In this document: piece by piece, positions 1-10,900 of the stretch
Position numbering within the stretch: position 1 is the stretch's first letter
How the letters are laid out: every line of letters starts with the position of its first letter
Source of the DNA: a virus
Lineage: Duplodnaviria; Caudoviricetes
Length of the DNA: 60,643 nt
Virus record (IMG/VR): IMGVR_UViG_3300030104_001233
Location: 1-60,643 of that record
Direction: 5' to 3' (one strand)
Made by a program: the position numbers and the translations under genes
The notes under the pieces: generated by a model
What the model was told of the DNA's origin: nothing
The model's input: only the letters and a program-made list of their open reading frames with translations
The model's database searches: none

Positions 1-98
1 CTAACGTCTAGTGAAATACAAATACCAAAGTATACGTACGAAAGAGACTTACTACCGCAGTTTGGTGGTCCTGTTGGGCAACCCTCTGTAGGTCAACC
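1..98. repeat. Terminal direct repeat, left copy (assembly overlap indicating a circular or permuted genome)
   Basis: 1-98 is identical to 60545-60642; base 99 (t) differs from 60643 (c), inside a 15-bp tandem repeat. Confidence 0.95.
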
Positions 99-1356
99 TT
101 CTGTAAGTCAACCCTCTGTAAGTCAACCCGTTACATTGCCTGTTGAATCAGACACTGTAGACCAAACTCAACAAAGATCGCCCTTCTATGACGCAGATAC
201 TTTATCTAATCTTTTTAACTCTTTCTCGTCAATTTTTGGTGGAGGTGGGGGTGAAGGAAGCGCGGCTACAGGATCAAACGCTGTTGCTACCACGCCTACA
301 ACTGAAACTGTCTATACTACTGAAGTTGTAGCAGACCCTTTAAAGGACTACTTAAGTTCGCTTGGGTATGGCACTTCAGCTAAATCAATAACTAAAGATG
401 ATGTAGCGGCTTTTAAAGGACAAGAATCTTTTTCGTTAGACGATATAGCTGGTGCTTTGGGTACTAGTGAAGACGTTTTAAACCAAATTTATAACTTTGA
501 ACCTACTCAAGCTACTACAACTACAGTAGCAGACCCTTTAAAAGATTTTTTAAATTCGCTTGGGTATGGCACTTCAGCTAAATCAATAACTAAAGATGAT
601 ATAACAGCTTTTAAGGGTCAAAGCGCTTTTTCGTTAGACGATATAGCTGGTGCTTTGGGTACTAGTCAAGATGTTTTAAATCAAATTTATAATTTTGAAC
701 CTACTCAAGCTACTACAACTGTAACAAAAGCACCGGGCACTGGACCTACAGCATTGCAACAATACCTTTTAGATCAAGGCTTTAGCACTCAAAAGGATAT
801 TACTAAAGATGATATAGATGCTTTTGCAAGCTCTGGATTTGATATGGGAGATATAGCTAGTGCTTTAGGTGTTACAGCAAATGATTTACAAGCTGTCGCT
901 AACTACACTGCTCCTACCCCTGCCGATGATGCAGCTTTGTATGAATTTCTTAAAGACCTTGGTTTTGTGGGAGCTACTAAAACAGTAACTAAAGATGATG
1001 CTGATGCCGCAGAAGCATTTTTAGCGGCTAACCCTCAGTTTTCTAAAGATGATATGGCTGCTATGCTAGGCATAACTGAATATGCACAGGGTGGCATGAC
1101 TCAAGGATACTATTTAGGTGGGCCTACGGACGGTATGGCTGACCTTATTCCTGCAACAATAGATGGAACACAGCCAGCCGCATTAAGCGATGGTGAATTT
1201 GTAATCCCTGCGGATGTCGTTAGTCATTTAGGTAATGGCAATTCCGATGCAGGAGCAAAACAATTATACTCAATGATGGATAGGGTACGCGATGAACGCA
1301 CTGGGACTACTAAACAAGGTCCAGAGATAGACCCTACCAAGATGATGCCAGCATAG
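1..1356 (+). CDS. 3' part of a ~1029-aa putative internal virion (ejected core) protein that starts at 58811
   Basis: Frame is open from base 1 and continuous with 58811-60544 across the terminal repeat. Has four helical repeats and a C-terminal GPTDGMADLIPA...LSDGEFVIPADVV domain typical of podovirus core proteins. Confidence 0.8.
   Translation, partial: LTSSEIQIPKYTYERDLLPQFGGPVGQPSVGQPSVSQPSVSQPVTLPVESDTVDQTQQRSPFYDADTLSNLFNSFSSIFGGGGGEGSAATGSNAVATTPTTETVYTTEVVADPLKDYLSSLGYGTSAKSITKDDVAAFKGQESFSLDDIAGALGTSEDVLNQIYNFEPTQATTTTVADPLKDFLNSLGYGTSAKSITKDDITAFKGQSAFSLDDIAGALGTSQDVLNQIYNFEPTQATTTVTKAPGTGPTALQQYLLDQGFSTQKDITKDDIDAFASSGFDMGDIASALGVTANDLQAVANYTAPTPADDAALYEFLKDLGFVGATKTVTKDDADAAEAFLAANPQFSKDDMAAMLGITEYAQGGMTQGYYLGGPTDGMADLIPATIDGTQPAALSDGEFVIPADVVSHLGNGNSDAGAKQLYSMMDRVRDERTGTTKQGPEIDPTKMMPA
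79..129 (+). repeat. 15-bp coding tandem repeat (QPSVG/QPSVS), about 3.4 copies
   Basis: caaccctctgtaggt caaccttctgtaagt caaccctctgtaagt caaccc. Confidence 0.9.
328..720 (+). repeat. 198-bp (66-aa) coding tandem duplication, followed by two degenerate copies to ~1080
   Basis: VADPLKDYLSSLGYGTSAKSITKDD...YNFEPTQATTT begins at 328 and again at 526. Confidence 0.9.
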
Positions 1357-1365
1357 GAGACAGCC

Positions 1366-2208
1366 ATGAGTAATGGATCAGCAGTAGGATCAGAAACAGC
1401 AGCAACGGAATCAATATCCCCTTACGCTGCCCCCTATGTAACCGAGATGTTAGGCAAAGGGCAAGCTCTTGCTGCCACACCTTATCAAGCGTATACAGGG
1501 CCGTTAACTGCTGGCCCTTCTGCATTACAAAGTCAGGCATTTAGTGGTCTTGGTTCTCTTGCACTTCCCGCTGCCAGTGGAGCAGGTTCTTTTACTGGAG
1601 CGGCTTACAGTTTACCTACAGATGGTACAGCCCCTGAGTTAACAACATCACCTACAAGTATTGTGCAACAGTACATGAACCCCTATCTTGAGGCTGCGCT
1701 TAATCCGACAATAAGACGGGTACAGGAAGAAACAGCAAAAGCGCAACAAGAATTACAAAGTCAATACGCTAAAGCAGGGGGATATGGAGGTGGACGACAA
1801 GCTGTAGCTGAAGCGGGTTTACAAAATCGTGCATTAGACAGGATTGGTGATATTACAGCACAGGGTTACCAGACAGCTTATGACAAAGCTGCTCAGTTGT
1901 TTGGGGACGAACGGAAGTATGGTTTAGATGCTTTGCGTGCTCAACAGATGGGTGGTAGAGAACAACGAGCTATAGAGCAACAAGGCGTAGCTGCTGATTA
2001 TGCACAGTTTAAAGAAGAGCGAGACGACCCCTTCAAAAAAGTACAGTACATGCAGTCTCTATTACAAGGACTACCCATAGAAGCAGTTACTCGTGACTAC
2101 ATCGAACCTAGTGGTTTAAGTCAATTCCTAAGTGATTTAGGTTTAGCAGGGGTTGCTGGGCAATTATTTTTTGGCGGTGAAGACGCTATATTTAAAGATT
2201 TCTTTTAA
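1366..2208 (+). CDS. Putative DNA ejection / internal virion protein
   Basis: Gln/Ala/Gly-rich helical protein (QQYMNPYL, AGGYGGGRQAVAE) located among core-protein genes; AGGAG RBS. Confidence 0.6.
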   Translation: MSNGSAVGSETAATESISPYAAPYVTEMLGKGQALAATPYQAYTGPLTAGPSALQSQAFSGLGSLALPAASGAGSFTGAAYSLPTDGTAPELTTSPTSIVQQYMNPYLEAALNPTIRRVQEETAKAQQELQSQYAKAGGYGGGRQAVAEAGLQNRALDRIGDITAQGYQTAYDKAAQLFGDERKYGLDALRAQQMGGREQRAIEQQGVAADYAQFKEERDDPFKKVQYMQSLLQGLPIEAVTRDYIEPSGLSQFLSDLGLAGVAGQLFFGGEDAIFKDFF

Positions 2209-2219
2209 AGGTATAAACC

Positions 2220-4955
2220 ATGATAAATAACATTCAAGAAGAAGTTGATACTTATGAAGGCATGGGATTACCTGCGTTGCAAAAAATGCAGCAACAGAAC
2301 CCTAAGTTACTTGTTGGTATTGCCCTAGAAAACTTAGAAAAAACCGTACAAGAAGACCAACGTGCAAAGTTGATGGGTACTGGAGCAGTTGGTCCTAGTG
2401 TCATAGATAAGAAACTCATGGGTTTAGGTGGTTTAGGACAACAACAAGCCCTTGCAACCGCACGTCCGGGGCTTCAACAACGTGGTAAACAAATGCAAGC
2501 AGCCCAGATGCGTAAGGCAATGGGTATGCAGCCCGGTATGCAACCGGGTATGCAACAGGCTCCTATGCGTATGGCAGACGGTGGGATTGTTGCACTCAAG
2601 GAAGGTGGCTTTCCAGACCTAAGTGGAGATGGAAAAGTTACACAAAAAGACGTTCTTATGGGTCGTGGTGTAGTGGATAAAGCACAGGGTGGTGTTGTTG
2701 GTTTTGCTAACCGTGGTTTAGTACGAGCAGATGATATAGATATGGAGAACCTTCTTAACGCTTTGATGATAGCGGAAAGCAGAGGTAACCCTGATGCAGT
2801 TGGTAGGGTGGGCGAGTTAGGTGCGTACCAAATTAGACCTTCAACTGCGGCACAACCGGGGTTTGGTGTAACTCCTTTTACAGGCGATCTTTTTGATCCA
2901 GAGGCTAGTAGGTCATTTGCTAGAGAATATCTTCAAGCCATGATTGACCGATACGATGGAGATATTGAAGCAGCTCTTATTGCGTACAATGCAGGGGCAG
3001 CTAACGCTGATAGATTTTTAGCTGCTAACAGAGACTATGAAAAACTACCTAAATCTGGCATAACTGAACCTTATGTACGTAAAATAATGGGCGATTTGGA
3101 AAAAGAAAGTCGTAGACGAGATATGGTATTTGGAGGTGGTAGGACTATATCTACTACCGCACCTGAAAGCTATACGGAAAGACAACGTAGGCTTAAGCGT
3201 GAAGAACAAAGAGCTAGAGAAACAGCGTCCTACCCAAGACAGGTAAAAGAAGGGACTATGTATGAGCCGAACATACCTGACGCTCTTTTAGTAGCTCAAG
3301 CGCAAGATAAACTATTAGCTCCTGCACGGCTTCAAGAACAACTAATTGCAGCGGGCGATGCCAAAGACCAATATACACCAGAGGAACAAGCTGCTGGTGG
3401 AGTAGGTTATCTTCAATCTATAGGTAGAAGACAGGAAGAAGCAGCGAACCGCGCTAGTAATTTTTTAAAGATGATGGCTAATAATCAAAGCATGATTAAT
3501 GCAGCCGACCCCGCTACTAACCTTGCGGGCATCAATACTAATCAAGAGTTTATACCTGCGGGCGGCATGGATAGCCCTGCACAACGTATGGACAAAGCCT
3601 TTCCGGGTTTGGCAGATTCAGCGGCCCGTTATGCTATGAGCAAAAATGTGCCTGACATAAACACGAACAAGGTTGCTGTCCCTGAATCAACCAGAGGCAA
3701 TAATCTTTTTACTAACATTAGAGATGACTTTGGTGAAATTGTGGACTACATACGTGGCTTATTTAACGAAGGTGGTGAAGTTAGAGGTTTCCAAGAAGGA
3801 GATTTAGTAGAGCTAGAGGGTGGTGAACAAGGAGTACCTATTGAGTCCATAGTTAAAGATGAAGGTAAGTTATCTCAAATATACAATTTTGCTGCTGAGA
3901 ATCCGGGGCTACTATTAAGTGCGGGACTTATGTTTGTACCCGGTGGTGGTTTATTTGCATTAGGTCGCCTAGGGGCGGGTGCGGCTAAATATGCACCTAG
4001 AGGATTAGCAGCTTTGAAAGGTAGCTTTGGTCCGGGTGGTGTGTTTGGCGCAGGTAGTAAGACACGTAATGTATTATCTAGCCCGTTTACTAAACGTAAT
4101 CCTGACCCTAGGATTGGGGTACGTGACCCCGGTTTAGGTAAAACCGTGAGTATGAAAGAAGCTATGAAACCACGGGGTAAAGTATCAAGAGGTAGAGATA
4201 AAAGCGGTAAGCTATTACCAGATGCTCCTGCACGAGGTCCATTAGTTGCTCCTAGAGTTTTTAGCCCTTTACAAACTGTACGTTCAGGTGCGGGAGTAGG
4301 ATTAGGCGCGGCAGGTTTAGCCAGTCTTCTTGGTAGCGACGAAACAACCGCACAAGCCCCTGAAGCACTTACAGATATGCAGCGTTTACAACGAGACTTA
4401 CCTAATGTGTACGAAGCTATGCAAGAACAAGTCACAGCTTCTGAAGAAGATTTTGCAAAACGCACTAGCGAAGCTGCTGAAAACACACGTAGAAGGATGC
4501 AGGAGAGAGGGGCACAGGAAGACAAAGGGGGTATTCTAAGTCGTCTTGGTTCAGCCCTGTCCTCTGACCGAGCTAACGATCTTTATAGTGCGTTTCAAAC
4601 ATTAGGCATGGCAGGTGGCGCTGCTAGAGGACAAGAAGGTACTCAGCTAATAGCTAACCAAATGGCTAGAGACTTCCAGCAACAAGAAATGGATGCTATG
4701 CGTGAAAGAATAGACGTGGATAGAGAAGCATTAGAAACAAACCAGTTACTGGCGCAATACGATTTATATGCTTCAGTGTTACCTTATGCTGACATGATTA
4801 GAGCTGGTGTAGCAGAACAAATGGAAAAAGACGAATTTGATCCTGAAGTTTTAAGAGAGTCTATAAGAAGGTTAATAAGTGGGATGCAAATGCCTAATAT
4901 GGGCGGTGGTCCCTTAGTAGAAGAAGCTGCGGATTATTTTCGACCTCAAGAGTAA
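2220..4955 (+). CDS. Internal virion protein with a soluble lytic transglycosylase (SLT) domain
   Basis: SLT motifs AESRGNPDA, GAYQIRPSTA and ALIAYNAG; also an EF-hand-like loop DLSGDGKVTQKD. Confidence 0.8.
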   Translation: MINNIQEEVDTYEGMGLPALQKMQQQNPKLLVGIALENLEKTVQEDQRAKLMGTGAVGPSVIDKKLMGLGGLGQQQALATARPGLQQRGKQMQAAQMRKAMGMQPGMQPGMQQAPMRMADGGIVALKEGGFPDLSGDGKVTQKDVLMGRGVVDKAQGGVVGFANRGLVRADDIDMENLLNALMIAESRGNPDAVGRVGELGAYQIRPSTAAQPGFGVTPFTGDLFDPEASRSFAREYLQAMIDRYDGDIEAALIAYNAGAANADRFLAANRDYEKLPKSGITEPYVRKIMGDLEKESRRRDMVFGGGRTISTTAPESYTERQRRLKREEQRARETASYPRQVKEGTMYEPNIPDALLVAQAQDKLLAPARLQEQLIAAGDAKDQYTPEEQAAGGVGYLQSIGRRQEEAANRASNFLKMMANNQSMINAADPATNLAGINTNQEFIPAGGMDSPAQRMDKAFPGLADSAARYAMSKNVPDINTNKVAVPESTRGNNLFTNIRDDFGEIVDYIRGLFNEGGEVRGFQEGDLVELEGGEQGVPIESIVKDEGKLSQIYNFAAENPGLLLSAGLMFVPGGGLFALGRLGAGAAKYAPRGLAALKGSFGPGGVFGAGSKTRNVLSSPFTKRNPDPRIGVRDPGLGKTVSMKEAMKPRGKVSRGRDKSGKLLPDAPARGPLVAPRVFSPLQTVRSGAGVGLGAAGLASLLGSDETTAQAPEALTDMQRLQRDLPNVYEAMQEQVTASEEDFAKRTSEAAENTRRRMQERGAQEDKGGILSRLGSALSSDRANDLYSAFQTLGMAGGAARGQEGTQLIANQMARDFQQQEMDAMRERIDVDREALETNQLLAQYDLYASVLPYADMIRAGVAEQMEKDEFDPEVLRESIRRLISGMQMPNMGGGPLVEEAADYFRPQE

Positions 4956-4964
4956 GGGAATGTT

Positions 4965-7900
4965 ATGCCTGTAGTTAGGATGCCAGATGGGGCATTAGTT
5001 AACTTCCCTGATACTATGCCCAGAGAAGAAATAAAGGGGTTAATTGCTAGTAAGTTTCCTGATATTGCTACTGCACCCACTACACCTGCGCCTATACCGT
5101 CCCTTGCAACCCCTCCTACGCCTTCTACAAATCGTCCGTTACCTGATGCAAGAGAAAGGTCGTTTACGAGAGAGGCTCTTGACGTACCTATTCAATTGGG
5201 TAAAGGAGTTGTTACAGGCACTCGTTTTCTTACCGATGTTTTTGGGGCAGATAACCCTGTATCCCGTACTCTAAGTGGTGTAGAAGACACCCTAGATAGC
5301 TTGCTTTCTGCTCAATCCAAACGCGACCAAGAAGAAATAGCACGCATCATGGAAGAAGCAGAGAATAAGGGCATGGGTGCCCAAGTCATGGCAGGTTTAC
5401 AAGCCTTAACCGTTGCTCCTGTAGATTTAATAGCTAATGCGTTTGGTACGTCTGGACCTACGTTAGTAGCAGGTGTACTAGGTAGTGTAGCGGGCCTACC
5501 TGCTTTGGGTGTGGCTACTGGGGTAGGTGTACTCACCGGAGTTGGTATTACTAAAGATGCTGCTTACGATGCTGTTTTTCAAGAATTAGTAGACGCAGGT
5601 GTACCTGAAGGACAAGCCAAAGAAGCTGCACAGGAAGCACAAGCGTACGGTGGAGAAAACCTAGATAACATTGCATTTGGTGGATTCCTTGGTGCGTTAG
5701 CTGCAAGAGTGGGACTAGAACCAAAAATACTTACCCGTGCGGTGGGCCAAAGGTTAGCGGGCGATGTATCTGAAACAGGGCTAAAGAACGCAACTAAAGC
5801 AGGGATTATAAAAGAAGCATCTCGCACAGCATTAAAAGAAGCATTGCCTGAAGCTCTACAGGGTGGACAAGAACAGTTCACTCGTAACGTAGCCTTGCAA
5901 CGAGAAGGGTTTGACGTACCTACATTCAGAGGTGTGACAGGAGCTGCTACTTTAGAAGGTGCAGTCGGTGCGCCTGTTGGAGCTATAAGTTCAGTCGGTT
6001 CAGATGCAATAAAACCAAGAGGCACAAGGCTTGCGGAAGTAGAAGAACGCCTAGCTACTTTAGCGGAAGAACAAACAAAGACTGCACAAGAAGAAGAAAC
6101 TGAGCGTGAAAAAAGAAAAGCTACACAAGCTGAAATAGATGAGTTCCTTAAGCCTTACGAAGAGTCTATACAGGAAGAAGAAAAGCAAGCGTCTAGGGTA
6201 AAAGCGGCTATAGCAGCCGAACTAGAAGTAGATATAGACAGCCGCAAAGTAGAACAAGAATACCAAAGAAGAGTCAGAGAAGCTGAAGATAGAGCATCGG
6301 GGGAGTTTGCTGACCCAGAAAGATATGCAGGAGAGCAAAGATTAAGAGCTGCCGAAGAGCAAATAAAACTGGGGGCTAGACCCGACGCAAGCCCAAGAGA
6401 TCAAGCATACGTAGAGGACGTACTAGATGGAATGCGTGGGCCAGAGTTACAACAACTGGCTGAACGAACACTTACGTCTGATGGAATAAATTTTGTAGAA
6501 GGTAGAAGACAAGCAGAAGAAGATGCGTTAGCAGGGCGACTAGGACCAGAAACACAAAAACGTGCTGAAGAAAGACGGAAAGAACTAGAGCCTCAAGAAG
6601 AAGCAGATTTTGAAATAATAGATGAATTCGCTTTATCTGCTGACCAGCGAGCAGCGATGAATAAGTTTTTTAAAGAACTTGAAACTAAACCAGACAAAGA
6701 CAAGCGATCTTACCTTAAAACGGCTAGTACCGAGAGAGGTGTAGATTCTCTTGATAATGTGCTTAACTTTAAACTTACTAAAGACCAAAAAAGAGAATTT
6801 AGAAGAAAACATGCAGCTATACAGGAAGAAGAAGGCCAAGCCACTACAACACACGATAAGGCAGTTAGAAACGCTTTAGCAAAAGGGGAGTATGAACCAA
6901 GAAAAGATTATGTATATCCTTCTGGAAGAAAACAAACAGGAAAAAAGAAAAAATCTAACTTTATAAAGTTTGTTGAAGCAGAACAAAAAGCAATAGCCAA
7001 AGGGATACCTCTAAGCGAAGCTGTTAAAAAAGAATTTCCTAACGTACCTGTAGAAACACTAGAAGCAATAACAACAGCGCGGGCTGGCATGAGGAAAGCC
7101 CAAGAAAAAATATTTACTTTAGGTGCTAGAGGTATAGCTACAGGGAAAAGAGCAGAAGCTGATGATCCAGTAAAACCAATACAGGAACTAGCTACAGAAG
7201 AAAGCATAATAGAAACAATACAAGGAGAGTTAAAAAGTTTTGACGCTAACGAAGAAAATAGTTTAGCTGCTTTAAAAGATGTAAGAAAAGAAAAACCTTC
7301 TGGAAAAAAAGCAATAGCTGCGGGTAAATATTTTAAACTTCCGGTGGCTAAAGATACCCCAAAAGCAGGTCTTTATGAAATAGCGTACGACCTTGCTACT
7401 AATCCAGACAGCATGGTGGAAGACCTCCAACCTACTACTATTAAAGAAGATATAGATGCCAATCCTCCCAGTCCGCCATTGCCCAGTGCAGGTATACAAG
7501 GAAGAATACCAGAAAAAAATTTAAACGACGCAATTAAAAATTTTGATGTTGGGTTAAAGAGGGGCACAATAACGCGCACTGATTTAAAAGCAGAAGATGT
7601 ACAGAATGCGGCTAGTTGGGTTTACTTTGATTCGGAACTTAGTCCTGAAGTAAAAGAAGAGTTTGCAAGATTAGTAGCAAGATTTAGAAAAGAATATAGA
7701 GAAGACATTATAAACGCTGCTAGAAGTGAACAGTTAGCTGACAAAAAGAAAGCCAGAGAAGAACAAATAAAAAAAGACAGAGAAGCAGATGAAGAAGCAA
7801 CGGAACAAAGAAGGCTAGAAACAGATGAAATTGTAGAAAAATTAGAGAAAGCACTTGGACGACGTGTTAGAAGAGGGGGTATAGAAGTATTAGCGGTAAG

Positions 7901-10900
7901 AGAGCTAGGCTATTCAATAGAGGAAGTTGTAGATGAACTTCAAGGAGGTACAGCACTTGCAGATGTAGTAGCGGAGGCTGAAGAAGATACAAGTGCTGAT
8001 ATAGAAGAACTTGAAAGGCAAGTGGAAGGAGTGCTTACTGCGGCGGAAGAAGATGTTCTTAAACAACAAGCTATAGAACATGCAAACAAGGTAATGACTG
8101 AAAGATATAAGGATAAATCATTAGTAGATTACCCTAGTGACAGAGCAAAAGAATGGGATATTGAATTTATAAAAGAAAGAAAAACGTTACAAGAATTAGT
8201 TTTAGCAGAAAAGAAAGCACAAATAGAAAAAGCACGGATAGAACAAGAACGACTAGACGCGGAAGCGACAGAAGAACGCCTTGAAAATTTAGAGCAAGCT
8301 CAAAAAGAATTTGTAGAAAAGGGAGGTCAAGCAACAGTACTCCCATACTTTGATAAATTTATAGAAGGGAAACTTGAAAAACCTTATACAGCAACTGCAT
8401 CGTCCAGATCAAGAAAGGCTTTTCCTGATACTAGCGTAGACCCTGTAATAGCAGAAGCAGCTCGGACAGGTAACCTTAATCAAACTATTAAAGCAATTAT
8501 AGACTCAGAGCCTAAAGAAATAAGACCCATCATCCGTAAACTACGTGAGATGGCTACAGGCGTTAAGATACGTTTGGAATCTTTTTCTGACCCAGAAGAA
8601 ACAGGGCGTTACTACTATGATGAAAAAGTAATCGCTTTAGACCCAGAACGTGGGCTTAACAAAGAAACTGTATTCCATGAACTTTCTCACGCTGCCCTAG
8701 ATAAAATCTTAGCTAACCGTGAGTCTAAAGAAGTAAAACAACTTTTTAACTATTACGAAACTATAAAGACTCAAATGGGAGATGCGTATGGAGGCACTGA
8801 TCTTTATGAGTTCGTTGCAGAATTAGTAGGTAACTCTGAGTTTCAAAATTTACTTAAAGAAATAAAAGCACCTAAGAGTAAATCTCTTTGGGATACTATA
8901 GTAGAAACTATTCTGAATTTTCTTGGTATACGTAAAGGGCAAAGTGCATACGACAAGTCCCTTAAGTTTTTAAACGATATACTAACTGCACGGCCCTCCA
9001 TAGAACCTTCTTCTGCGGAAAGTGTATTCCTTGGTAATAAGAATCCAGATGTAGCTTTTAAAGAAGAGTTAGCTAAGTTCCCTCCTTACCGCGCTCGTCG
9101 TTTGAAAGAAGCAATGGAAAATATAAAAGGACCAGAGGCAGGGAAGTTAAAAGGTATTTTATCAGGTGCAGCACGTCTGGATAATTTGTTTGACCTGTAC
9201 AAAAAAGAGTTACCCGGTATTAAAGAAATTATAGATAACACCGAGATGCGTCAAGCAGATCAAGAAAGAAGAATAGAAGCGGTTAACAAAAAGTATAACG
9301 ATTTCCATATCATAGCCCACAAGTTCAAAGCTGCTTACGAAGCAATGGGTAAAATGGCTATGGAGATGAGACTTGCACGGGTAGATATATTTAAACCTCC
9401 TCCTAACCCTAACGCTTCTAATATAACAAGTGATAAGGCAAAAGCTAAAGTAGAAGAACAATTAAAAGCCTACAATAAAGGAAAAGCTGCTTTTGAAAGG
9501 ATAGGAAAAATGGAAGGCGGCAAATCTGTACAGAACATGTACAAAATTATGCGTACTGATTTTGATAAAATGTACAACGATTATATAGATGTAGTGTTGT
9601 CTAGTATATCAAACCCACAACTAAGGCAAGAAATAGAAAAGAAATTTGATGAAGCTCCCCCTATAGCAGGGTACATACCTTCTCGTAGGTATGGAGAGTT
9701 TGTACTGGTTTATAAAGACAAAGACACAGGGAAGAAAACTGTAGTTGCATTTGAGTCTCAATCAAAAAGAAACGAAGAGATAAAGGCGCGAGGGTTAACT
9801 AAACGCTTTGATATACAAGCTGACTTAGAAAAAGCTACTACGGAAGAAGAAAAAGAAGCCTTACGTAAAAGAAAACGCGATGCAGATTTAAATAAAAATG
9901 AATACTTCACTGTAAATAGTATACAAGATTTAGCACGTAAGACCTTACCACCGGAAGGTTTCGTTGCAGATGCAATGCAAGCCGTTAAAGACAGCGCAAA
10001 AGATTTGGGTTTAGACGACAAACAGGGTGACATTTTAGCCACAGATGTATACGAAGCGTATGTAGATTTGTTTCCAGAATCTTCTGTAATGCAAAGTTTT
10101 AGAAGTTCTGAAGACGTATTAGGACCATCTGAAGATGTGCTGCGTGTATACGGAGACACAATGGTTAAGTGGTCACGTAAACTAGCAGATATAGAATATA
10201 ACGGTAAGATACAACAAGGGTTTAACAGAGTAAGAAGTCAAGCAGCAGATTATGGCAACAGAAAACAAAGGTCTCCTTCAGACCCTACGGAATTAACCAT
10301 ACAATCAGTTGCCAAGAACATATCATCAAGAGAAGATTTTACTTTAAACCCTACTTACGGACTGATAGCTTCCAAAGCTACTAGTGGCAGTTACTTTATG
10401 TACATGGCAGGTAACATATCTTCTGCCTTAGTTAACTTAAGCTCCGTTCCTTTGATGTCCTATCCTATACTTGCAGGGCGATTTGGCACTGTGAAAGCAG
10501 CCGCTGCACTCAAGACAGCAGGGGGAGTAGCTATAAACTCTGACTGGGGTTCTGATCCTAAGTATCAAACTCTATATAAAACACTAAGCGATCATGCTCA
10601 ACTACGACATACTTTAGAAAGAGAAGTCTTAGAAGGAGCTAGACAAACTACTGAACAGTATAGAACTGGCACAGCTAAACTACTTAGTTTTCTTTCTAAA
10701 CCTATATCTGCAACGGAACGCTATAACCGTGCTACTACTGGAGTAATGGCATACGACTTAGCACGCGCTGATGGTATGTCTGAACAAGATGCGGCCAATT
10801 ACGCACTTAAAATAGTAAAAGATGTAAACACTTCAGGCATGGCGACGACTGCACCTAAATGGATGCAGAATGATATAGGCCGTGTCATGTTGACGTTTAA

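Noticed and set aside
1-98. True physical terminal repeat of the virion DNA
   Set aside because: It lies in the middle of a gene and has the length of a typical assembler k-mer overlap
3875-4525. 216-aa antisense ORF and the many other opposite-strand or out-of-frame ORFs in the track
   Set aside because: They are shadows of long, motif-bearing genes, lack RBSs and have Ser/Pro/Phe-biased composition
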